A stretch of DNA of 63,684 bases, filler included, from Octopus bimaculoides (taxonomy: Eukaryota): NCBI RefSeq assembly GCF_001194135.2. It is 5 parts of 5 records of this genome, joined end to end, with 100 filler letters (N's around TTAATTAATTAA, not from the genome) between each part and the next. Parts side by side here need not be neighbours in the genome. Positions count along the whole stretch, not along the records: positions 24,825 to 42,085 come from NC_068993.1; positions 42,186 to 45,200 come from NC_068989.1; positions 45,301 to 47,387 come from NW_026387582.1; positions 47,488 to 63,684 come from NC_068981.1; 1 more part is not named here. One strand, 5' to 3'. Position numbers and translations under genes: made by a program. Positions 40,374 through 50,860 of this stretch are shown here, one piece after another (the first letter of the stretch is position 1; the number at the start of each line of letters is the position of its first letter). The notes beneath the pieces are model-generated. The model was not told where the DNA came from, searched no databases, and saw only the letters and a list, made by a program, of their open reading frames with translations.

Positions 40374-40985
40374 CACACACATATATATTATATGTATATG
40401 TATATATAATACGTATAAATATATCTTTGTATGCATATTTATATTTGTATATATGCGTATATATTTGTATATATATATATATATATATANNNNNNNNNNN
40501 NNNNNNNNNNNNNNNNNNNNNNNNNNNNNNNNNNNNNNNNNNNNNNNNNNNNNNNNNNNNNNNNNNNNNNNNNNNNNNNNNNNNNNNNNNNNNNNNNNNN
40601 NNNNNNNNNNNNNNNNNNNNNNNNNNNNNNNNNNNNNNNNNNNNNNNNNNNNNNNNNNNNNNNNNNNNNNNNNNNNNNNNNNNNNNNNNNNNNNNNNNNN
40701 NNNNNNNNNNNNNNNNNNNNNNNNNNNNNNNNNNNNNNNNNNNNNNNNNNNNNNNNNNNNNNNNNNNNNNNNNNNNNNNNNNNNNNNNNNNNNNNNNNNN
40801 NNNNNNNNNNNNNNNNNNNNNNNNNNNNNNNNNNNNNNNNNNNNNNNNNNNNNNNNNNNNNNNNNNNNNNNNNNNNNNNNNNNNNNNCGCACAAATATGC
40901 TTCCAAACACACGCACATACATGTGTAGAAATATATAATCAATGCCCGTACACACATACCTACAGACACACATGCATACATATAG

Positions 40986-41043
<58 letters not shown>

Positions 41044-41402
41044 ATATTCTCACGTATACATGTATAGGATCTGTAGGTGAACGTTCTAACGTCATTTGTG
41101 TTTTCATATTTATTTTCTTTGTTATTTCTTCATTCTGTGAAAATGGCCAACATCAAAAGTGTTTTTCTTCCGTGGTGGTGGTCGTTGTCGAGTTGGTATT
41201 GTACAGTTGGTAGTTGAGTGACTGTAATGTGTTTATTGCCCAATGGTGGAAATGTTACTGATAGTGGTCATGATTTAGCTTACGCTAGTTATACTAGTTT
41301 TATTAGTTGTTGCTGTAGTAGTATTAACTTTAGTCCCGAAAGGTGAGGAACCTGTTGTACATCTCAATACATTATTATTATTATTATTATTANNNNNNNN
41401 NN

Positions 41403-41463
<61 letters not shown>

Positions 41464-42494
41464 CATTATTAAGGATCGAAAAATATAGGTATCTTTTGCA
41501 TACTTGGGTCGATATAATCGACTGCTACGCTCCCGCCAAATTTCAGGCCTTGTGCCTATAGTGGAAAGATTTATTATTGTCATTATTATTATTAGTAGTA
41601 GCAGTATTAGTAGTTGTAGTAGGAGCAGCAGCAATGGTCTGCTTCTTCGACGGTTGTTACCCGCAGCAGAAAACATCTGTGTTGGTAATGTTCTTTTACC
41701 AGTCGTGTAGATGGACAGTTACTCGTAGCTGGCGGCGTAGTGATCGCCATCGTCGTAGTTGTAAGAATTGTAACAGTATCAGAAGCAGCGATAGAAATAG
41801 AACATCGAGATGGTGATGGTGATGCCGACGATGATGATCGGGATCACGATCATGACTACAATAACGATGACGACGACTGCTAAAGCGGTGACGACAACGG
41901 TGATCATGATGACGATGACGATAATGTGACCTGCATTATCTGAGTGTGTGAACTGTCTTCACGGCCAACAGGCTGAGAGCAATGGCTGTCTCAGAGCCTT
42001 TGCATTTAAAACCACACACAGACAGCTACAGAGACCAAAACGCATTATATGTATACATACATATACACATAGTAATATATATATANNNNNNNNNNNNNNN
42101 NNNNNNNNNNNNNNNNNNNNNNNNNNNNNTTAATTAATTAANNNNNNNNNNNNNNNNNNNNNNNNNNNNNNNNNNNNNNNNNNNNTGTATGCGTAATTAT
42201 TCAATATATGTACTTACTATTTTGTTCCATTTCTTTTTTTTATATAGTTTGTAAACTTTCCGGTGTTGGTTTTGCGTGTGTGATCGCACGTGTTTCATTG
42301 AGACATCGTGCATAGGAGGTCCTGTGCTTTGTATTGCAGTGAAATTTCATTTTTTAAGAATAAAAAATATTCTTAAAAAAATTATCTTCGTTAAAAGACC
42401 GCTTCCTTCAAATCTTCCACCGGTTCTTTTGGCTAATTCCATCGATGTTATTGGATTAGATATGTTTTTGTATAGGGAGCCCGGTGTAGCACAT

Positions 42495-42564
42495 CCATGT
42501 TGTTATTCAGCCATGTTGTTATTCAGCCCGGTTGTTATTCAGCCATGTTGTTATTCAGCCCGGT
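42495..42564. repeat. 16-bp tandem repeat, four full copies plus a partial
   Basis: ccatgttgttattcag / cccggttgttattcag units. Confidence 0.9.
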
Positions 42565-42591
42565 GCTATTATTATTATTATTATTATTATT

Positions 42592-42649
<58 letters not shown>

Positions 42650-43597
42650 TTATCATTATCATCATAGCTTTTACCCTAAACCTGTTCGTATTTCACGCTT
42701 GATTCAAATTCACTCAATTCTCTGTAAATACTGACATCCTTATTTTTAACCATCGATTCAGGTCAACTGTGTGAGTCGATGAAGCGGCTTATATCTTGTT
42801 TATTTTTAAACGTTGGTTCAGCTAAAAAATCTCCTATATCGGTTTATATTTCTGTTGCTTAGATTTCTTTTCTATTGAACTCTTTATCATTCATTCAAGC
42901 CAATACTATTGGATCGACATATCTGTAAAAATAAAACAAATAATTTTTCTGGTTCTCTCTTCCAATATCGGAAACAATTGTACTTGTTGTAGTTGTTTCT
43001 GCTACTGTTGTTGTTGTTGTTGTTGATGTTGATGATGGTGCTGTGAGACAATTATGTGATTAGATTTAAAATAATGGCGGTGGATAATAGAGTAAGTAGA
43101 ACAACAGACATTAGGGCGGTGAAAGATAAACTTTATAAAACGACAGATTTGTATCTTGCAATGTTGCATTATGTTCCTTTTACGTATTAAATCTAGCCCT
43201 CATCATTGTGAATTTTGTTTTCAGTCCTCGAGAGGAGATGGCTAGATGCCGAGAGAAATCAACAACTACAACCATACCGCAAAAAAAAAGTGTTGTTTTA
43301 TAAAGGATGTACACCCCGTCTATTTCTTTACCTAACTATCAGTCTGTCTGTCAATTTATCTTTATATTATTCTCTTTCTCTGTGTATATATATATGTACA
43401 TGTATCCGCATTCACACTCTCTCTGCCTTTCTCTCTCTCTCACGCACATACATACACACACATTTATATATACATGCATACATACATGCATACATACATA
43501 CATACATACATACATACATACATACATACATACATACATACGTACATACATACATACGTACATATATATTATATTATATTATATTATATTATATTAT

Positions 43598-44069
43598 ATG
43601 GGTGGCTAATTCGCAACCTTACAACCTAAAGGCAGAGATATATACTAAAATGAACAAGGGTACTAATCAGTACTTGTATTGCTAGAAATAACAGTCGAAA
43701 CAGCTCAGTAACCACAAAAGCCCTATCTTAATCAGCTGACAAGGGAGGCAAACTCCTTACGGTCGCAGTTAGAACCAGATCACCGATGATTTCGTATTTT
43801 GATGCTTGGCACATCTTAATGCTCATCAGTGGCTCTTATTGCGCCTAAGGTTAAACTCATCTCAGCTTATAAAATTTTCGGTGAAATCAGACGTTAATTT
43901 CATAAACGGTAAAAATGAAAATTATAAATAATATGGGTGGCTAATTCGAAATTTTACAACTTAAAGGCAGAAATATATGTCACTAAAGTGAACAAGGGCA
44001 CTAATTTGCACCAGTATTGCTAGAAATAAGAGTTAAAACAACTCAATAGTCACAAAAGCACTACTTAAT
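43598..44069 (-). mobile_element. Retrozyme-like element: ~335-bp unit plus ~135-bp terminal direct repeat around a hammerhead
   Basis: 43598-43732 and 43933-44069 are direct repeats (~80% by eye, offset 335 bp) flanking a complete hammerhead. Confidence 0.65.
43755..43850 (-). ncRNA. Type I hammerhead ribozyme with extended stem I
   Basis: Minus strand reads ccuua-gg-cgca-aua-agagcca CUGAUGA g[cauuaa-gaugu-gccaa-gcauc-aaaaua]c GAAA uca-ucgg-uga UC ugguucu-aac-ugcg-a-cc-g-uaagg. It has an intact core, 7-bp proximal stem I, 4-bp stem III, G-C closure of stem II and an AUC cleavage triplet. Confidence 0.88.
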
Positions 44070-44159
44070 GAATAAAAGTATGTATACCTTTATGTAACGT
44101 CATATATGTACACATACACTGATATATACACATACAGGCATACATACATAAATACATGC

Positions 44160-44361
44160 ATATTTATATAAGAGCATTACTATAGAATAATGACACACAC
44201 TAGACTTCCAAAATAAACACATTTTTACCGAATTCGAGAAAAAGCAACTCTTAAAAAAAAACTACCTTTTTAAAACCTTTTCCTCGAATTCGGTAAAAAT
44301 GTGTTTATTTTGGAAGTCTAGTGTGTGGCATTATTCTGTAGTAATGCCCTTATATAAATAT
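44160..44361. repeat. Long inverted repeat / fold-back (~85-bp arms, ~32-nt spacer)
   Basis: 44160-44244 versus the reverse complement of 44277-44361, with about 4 mismatches. Confidence 0.9.
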
Positions 44362-45169
44362 AAATGAATAAATATATTCTTGGGAATAAAAAAATGATGG
44401 GTTTTTTTTCCCTTATGAATTTTTTACACACTAGCTTCCTGATAAAATTCTTATAAAAGATTTTTATTCCATTATTGAATTAAATACATGCATACGTAGA
44501 GACAAATACCGATATATCAGATGCTACACAGCAAACATTTTTGTCTTATTAAAATTATCTTCTCCTCTAATGAATGTATCATAATTACTAAATGTTATTA
44601 AAGCCTTCCGCCAATCGAGAATTCTCCAAAACTGACATACCTTTCAGGAAAAGGACAGGTTTATGGTCTGGAGAGATGAAATCGGACAATTGTCCTTCCG
44701 ATGAAAACTACTGAGCCAGAAACACGTGTCCACTACTGTCTTGTTATCTCTTGTCTCTTTCCTTCAACGCATATCAATTTTGGAGAAATTCTTTGGTTTT
44801 TGAGATTTCCACTTTATAAATGAAACTGGTTTTTAATTACAAATTTGTAATTGTGACATACGGTCCAGAGACAGAAATAATTGTAATGAGTCAAGAATTT
44901 CTTGTATGACATTCCAAATATCTGTATTTATGTATGATATTCAAATACATGCCTCTGGCCATATCAAGTCATAATTCTTAAATCAAGCGCGCCTAAATTA
45001 TGTGTGTGTTTGTGTCTGTGTGTGAGTGCGTGTGTGTATGTTTATCTTTGTATATGTCATGTATCTATGTCTATATCTGAACAATAAAATTGCCCCTCCT
45101 GTTTTTTCCCAGGATAGCTTGTATTTCTATTGTATGTAAAAGCACTCCCATATACAAACTTTTAGACAT

Positions 45170-45200
<31 letters not shown>

Positions 45201-45300
45201 NNNNNNNNNNNNNNNNNNNNNNNNNNNNNNNNNNNNNNNNNNNNTTAATTAATTAANNNNNNNNNNNNNNNNNNNNNNNNNNNNNNNNNNNNNNNNNNNN

Positions 45301-46470
45301 TTCTCCATTTCGTTGTACAGCTGCTTGACCAGTTGTGCATATGACGGTGTGGGCAGTAATGCTGTTTTTTTCTTGTGTTTCTGGTTTTTTTGTGGTTGTT
45401 GTTGTCTTTCTTGGTATTGTTGACGTTGTTGTTGCCTTTGCTCCTGGGCTACTGGGCATGTGTTTCGAAGGTGAGTTTTGCTACTACAAACGTAGCAAAC
45501 TGGCCTTCTGCCTTCGACGGAAACATGGAAACTTGAATCCTCAGTTAATATGATTCTGTGTGGAATTTTGTCATAATTTGCTGGATCAACTTGTACCAGG
45601 AGTTGAAATTCCTGGCCAATCCAGTTTTCATTGTACACGGCAGATGCTTCTAAAATGTTTATTTCCTCCTCTATGCCGAGACATATGGCAGATCCGAGCC
45701 ATTCTTCTTCAATTTCAGGAGGCACATTCGAAATCTTTACCTTCGTAACCCTACGACCAAGTTACGTAGGGATCATGAGCAGGTTCTCGTGTTGTAATGA
45801 CTTTGTGGAGAGGTCCTTGGCTCGCTGCTCGCTGCTCGCTGTCGAGTCTTACTTCTATTGTTGCGAACTTCGTTCCTCTCGTTATATAAGTTTTATAAGA
45901 CCTAGGGGCCTTAGGCACTTCTCAACTTTTTCTTGAGTGAATTTTTCCGGAGTCTTTGTCTTTATATTTATGGCTCTGTAGATGATAGTTTTTTTTTCTA
46001 TGTTTATTTTAAAGTCCGCAGGTGTTTGAAGATGGACTGTAATGTCCTTTTTACTTAGCATGCTTTGCATGCGAGTAATTTCTCTTTCGATATATTCAAT
46101 ATTCTTTTTCTGGGCTTCAAAGCCTCGGCAAAGTTCGTGTTTGTTGTGGTGGTGGTGGCGACAGTGGTTTCGTTAGCAAGGACATTTGTGTCCTTGTTGT
46201 TGCTGTTGTTGCTGTTGTTGTTGTTGTTGTTGTTGCTGCTGTTGTTTTTGTTATTGTTGTTGTTGTTTTCACTGGTGACTGTGGCAGGCAAGACTGCTGT
46301 AGCAGCAGAGTTTTACACGTGATGGTGGTAGTGATGGTGGTTGAGGCAGCAGCAGCAGATTCAGAATCATTGCTCTTCTCCACCACCTGTCTGCGTTAAT
46401 GCGGAACGGCATTAAATTCTTTCGCCTCTGGCATTAGAGGCGGGAAATCGGCCTTGTTGTATACCATAGC
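45301..46470 (-). pseudogene. Non-LTR retrotransposon ORF1 (L1/Tx1-like, zinc knuckle) remnant
   Basis: FHVSVEGRRPVCYVCSSKTHLRNTCP (CCHC knuckle) preceded by the PPEIEEEWL...NWIGQEFQLLVQ region; broken by stops and frameshifts; cut by a gap. Confidence 0.75.
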
Positions 46471-46706
46471 CATATTTGCTTTACAGCATATGGCTAGGAT
46501 AGAGGAAGATGTTTTTGAATTTCTGGAGATAAAGCTCTAAATAGAGCTATTTCCGATTTGAAAAATATATATTCACGAAGTATTTTGTGTTATACACAAC
46601 TTATACAAAATTTTAAAACAAAATAGGTCTTTTAAGAGGTGAAAAATGCAACATGGGAGCCGATGTGTCTACCGTCCGTCCATGATGATAGATAGATAGA
46701 TCGATC

Positions 46707-46761
<55 letters not shown>

Positions 46762-47149
46762 TGATCCGGTCCTTGGGATATTCCAAACGAGAATGTGTGC
46801 TGCAAGTAATTAAACAAAACGTAATGAACCACTCTGGCGTAGACGAATTTGTGAGAAACAAATTAAAAAAAGATATTTAAGACAAGTTAATAGATTGAGT
46901 AGAGGGGAATTGCAGAACAAAAATATGAGAATAATGGTGGAAAAAAAGAAAAAGGGAAAGAGGAAAAGAGAGGAAAGTGGAAGTAGAACAGAAAATTGGT
47001 GGAGGGAAGACGAGTTAAAGAGGAAGAGCCACGGACAAATTATAATGATTTACAATTAAGGTACAAATTGGCGTATTCCGATTGAAGAAGAAAATATTAG
47101 CCGATGGTAGAAAGCATTCCATGAATTCGTGTCCGTTTGTCGTCCTACT

Positions 47150-47330
47150 ATCTTTTGACAACACATGTTGGTGTGTTTACGCCCCCGTAATTTAGCAGTT
47201 CCATAAATGACACCGATAAAATAAGCACTAGGGCTATAATGAATAAGTTCTAGGGTTGATGTATTCGGCTAAAGCAGTGCTCCAGCATGGCCGCTGTCAA
47301 ATGACTAAAACAGATAAAATATAAAACGAT
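47150..47330 (+). mobile_element. SINE segment, family C
   Basis: gtgtttacgcccccgtaatttagcagttc...gcagtgctccagcatggccgctgtcaaatgactaaaacag. Confidence 0.8.
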
Positions 47331-47487
47331 ATTTTTTTTATTTGTTTCAGTTACTTGACTGCGGTCATGCTAGTGCACTGCCTTTATNNNNNNNNNNNNN
47401 NNNNNNNNNNNNNNNNNNNNNNNNNNNNNNNTTAATTAATTAANNNNNNNNNNNNNNNNNNNNNNNNNNNNNNNNNNNNNNNNNNNN

Positions 47488-47539
<52 letters not shown>

Positions 47540-50127
47540 TGTGTATCTGTGTGTCTGTATGTTTGTGCTCGCGCACATAGTGTGTGGGACAACATAATTT
47601 TGCGAATCTAATTTTAGATATTTTCTTGTAAGGCAGCCTATCTGTTGTGTGCTTTCATGTGATTTTCTCGAACCATTATGCAATATGTATAGCAACAATG
47701 TCTTATCGGTCCCTTGATTCAAAGAGAACTTCAATAAATATTTATAATCAGAGATTAACGACAATAAAATTTTAGATAGGGAAATTAGAAATCGCTTTGT
47801 TTACTGAGTTCTGAGTATAACCCATTAATGGCAACTATTTATAGTTCGAACTGTTAAAATCGTACAGAGCAGAAAGGGAACAACAAAGTTATATACTCTA
47901 ATTTGAGTATGTAGATGATATTTTGCAGTTGATATTTTTGTGAATCTGAAAATTTTCCCTTGTTATGCTATACTACATGGTAGAGCTTCATATAGTGTTG
48001 AAGTCTTCTGGGCGCCATTGCACTGTGCAGAAAATCTTGCGCATAATGTGCACAAGTTGCAGCCAAATAAATCCCATAAAGATCGCGAGGAAGATACAAC
48101 GAAATAAACGATGAGAGACATTATCTTTAGTACACAATTGGTATTTTATTTTTCGACCCTGCAATAATAAGAGGCGAACATGTCCTCAGTGGTATTTTGA
48201 ATCAGAATGCAAAAAGCCTCATCAAGAACAACAAGTAATCTATAGGAAGACCTTACGATTCTGTAATTTGGACAGCTTCGAAATTACTATATAAAACTGG
48301 AAAAACTGTAGACTTTACCTTAGGTTATCTGAGGAAAGTTTATTTTATTATACTAAACTATGGTTTATCTTCGTCTAATTAAAATCATAACTGAACTGTA
48401 ATGCATTGAATAACCAACTTAAATATAATATATTTTGTAATATTAGGGCATTTACAATCCAGTTGTAGCTCATCGATAATGAATATTCTGTTCATAGGCA
48501 TTTTATGAAGAGTATACAATTAGAGTGTTTCGAATAGTTTGTTATTTAAACCTGAAAATAAAACCTGTGTACGTCTCTCATTATTGTTTATCAGTACCTT
48601 CTGAACAGGTCAGCCAGTTAATACAATACTATTTTACTTTCAGGCATAACGTATCTATGGCTATATCAACTATTTTGTCGTTCGCTTTCAACACAGTAGG
48701 TTTGAGGTAGATTTAGCTGCAATTTGGTGCAGATTGAACCTAATGCTTATAGGATTCTCTTTTTGCTCGAGCGATTCCGTTAAATACTTATATTGTTGGC
48801 ACAAACGGCATAATGGAAAGTTTGATATAAAGGAGACACCGCATATTTAGTCTAAATGCTTCACGCTGTTTTACTGTTTTCAGTACAAACCTTCCAGGAT
48901 CGATATTAGAGTATCTTACAAAAGAAACTAATAGAATTGGCACAACTCCAATACTTGTGTTGATTCATCCGGATTAATTCCATTTCCTATTAAATTCATC
49001 TTCGTATTATTGACCTGATGCAAAGTCTATTTATTTTAAGGGAAGTAATAGTGGAAGTTGTGACATTCATAGCATTACTAAACTTATTAGCATCATAAGT
49101 GAAATAAAATGGCTTCAACTGGAATTCAATGTTTACGTGTTGTTGTCAACTCAGCTGTGTCTCTTCTTTTACATTGCTGCACTTAATATATTATTAGCGA
49201 TGTGACACAAATTTTTTCCCAGTCAGTTATTTCCACCGAAGATAAGTTGTGGCAGATAAGATGTGAGTTCTGGAGGGACAAAAGGCATTGCAGTTCCTGC
49301 TATTTCAAACATATAAATGACATACTTGACGAAGAACGTTACGATATCAGGGTCATATTGAAAACTTCAGGCATTCAAACAATAGTATTCGCTATTGATT
49401 CCAGCAAAATTGAAACTGGAATAGGAAGGCTCGTATATCTTCAATTGCAATATTTAAGTTCAATTTCTTTCATTATTGGCAAAAAATAGGAATCTAGTTG
49501 ATTAAGCACAAATAATTAATCGAATTGATTAAGTACAAATAATTAAATAATTAAGCACAAATAATTATTGGTCTAAATTGTTGGTCTAAATTTTGTCACA
49601 CACGTTTTGTTTTTTACTAGAATATGATAAGTACGTTATTGTTGCCAAGGATCTTCTTCAATAACGAACTGCCTTTCCACATCTCTTCTACGCTATTACA
49701 TCGCTATAACAACTACTATTTGATAATACATTTACTCAAAAAAATGTTGTTACAAGATTTCAACCAAGTTTGATCGTTTTAATTTTTACAAATGTCTCTG
49801 CTTTTACGCGACCTTTTAGAATCACGACTGTATTTTAAAGGAATAGGTATGACTCACTGAACTGATTATGGCAGAAAACAAGAAATTATAGTCACGATTG
49901 ACACTGCTTTTTTTTTTTAGGCATGCAAGATTTGGATAAAAACGAAACAATCTAATGAAGAAGGCGTATAAAAATAGTTTAGCGATACACATAGCGGTAA
50001 GATTCCATTATTAAAAATAGATTTCCCCGTGAGAAAAAATTTCGCAAATAATACCCTATTTCAGATTTTTAAGAGAAGTGATTAAGTTATTTATATTTGA
50101 CGGATATTTGTCCTCATCTTCTTTCTT

Positions 50128-50180
50128 GTTGAAACAAAGATTCGGCTGATATACCCACCAGCATTCATCAGATACCGGGG
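50128..50180 (-). ncRNA. Degenerate minimal hammerhead (Penelope-type)
   Basis: Minus strand: CUGAUGA-au-gcug-gugggua uau-cagc-c-GAAU; GAAA appears as GAAU, and stems I and III are eroded. Confidence 0.5.
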
Positions 50181-50239
50181 TTAAATTTCGAATCTGGGTT
50201 TTCATTCATAAGGTATTTTCGATGTTACTATCATTATTC

Positions 50240-50313
50240 AGGTCGCTGCCTGGAATCGAACTCGGAATCTTGGTGTTAGTAGCCCGCGCTCTTGACCAAT
50301 ACGCCATATGCCT
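50240..50313 (-). other. tRNA-like Pol III promoter segment (left arm)
   Basis: Reverse complement has an A-box-like tggcgtattgg and B box gagttcgattcc. Confidence 0.7.
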
Positions 50314-50786
50314 GTGCGTAATTATGGAGTGAATTTTAGGGCTTATAAATCTAATACTTTTCTATCCTTCCTTAATACCGGTTCCCATATGCTGCTCATA
50401 TCTGCACTCGGTCTGCTTAAGAGGTTTTTGTGTCCTAGCATATGTGCTGCTTCTTTTCGTTTTCGTATTTTCCAGTGGTGTTTTCTGTCTAATATTTTAG
50501 CTTCATTCCACAGGAGGAGGTGGTCTCCATATTTCCATACTTGATCATACATAGCTTATCATGTATGGAAAAATGGAGACCACCTCTCCCTGTAGGATGA
50601 AGTTAAAACAATAGACAGATAACACTGGAAAATAGGAAAACTAAAATAAGCAGCACATATGCTAGAACACAACAACCTACTAAACAGACCGAGTGCAGAT
50701 ATGAATAGCATATAGGAACCGGTATTAAGGAAGGATAGGAAAATATTAGATTTATAAGCCCTAAAATACACTTCATAATTGCTCAC

Positions 50787-50860
50787 GGGCATATGCCGTA
50801 GTGGTTAAGTGCGCGGGCTACTAACCCCATGATTCCGAGTTCGATTCCAGGCAGTGACCT
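50787..50860 (+). other. tRNA-like Pol III promoter segment (right arm); not a functional tRNA
   Basis: A-box-like tgccgtagtgg, anticodon-like arm ggg-ctactaa-ccc, B box gagttcgattcc; no good acceptor stem. Confidence 0.7.

Noticed and set aside
21187-42564. CRISPR-like arrays (33-bp and 16-bp repeats)
   Set aside because: The units are contiguous with no unique spacers, the context is eukaryotic, and there are no cas genes.
24769-47443. Four TTAATTAATTAA palindromes
   Set aside because: Artificial six-frame-stop spacers in fixed 100-bp N blocks, not biological.
49202-49489. 95-aa ORF starting MTQIFSQ
   Set aside because: No recognisable motif; the opposite strand is equally protein-like; undecidable without expression data.
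50787-50860. Functional tRNA gene
   Set aside because: ACT anticodon, no proper acceptor stem, and embedded in a repeat arm.
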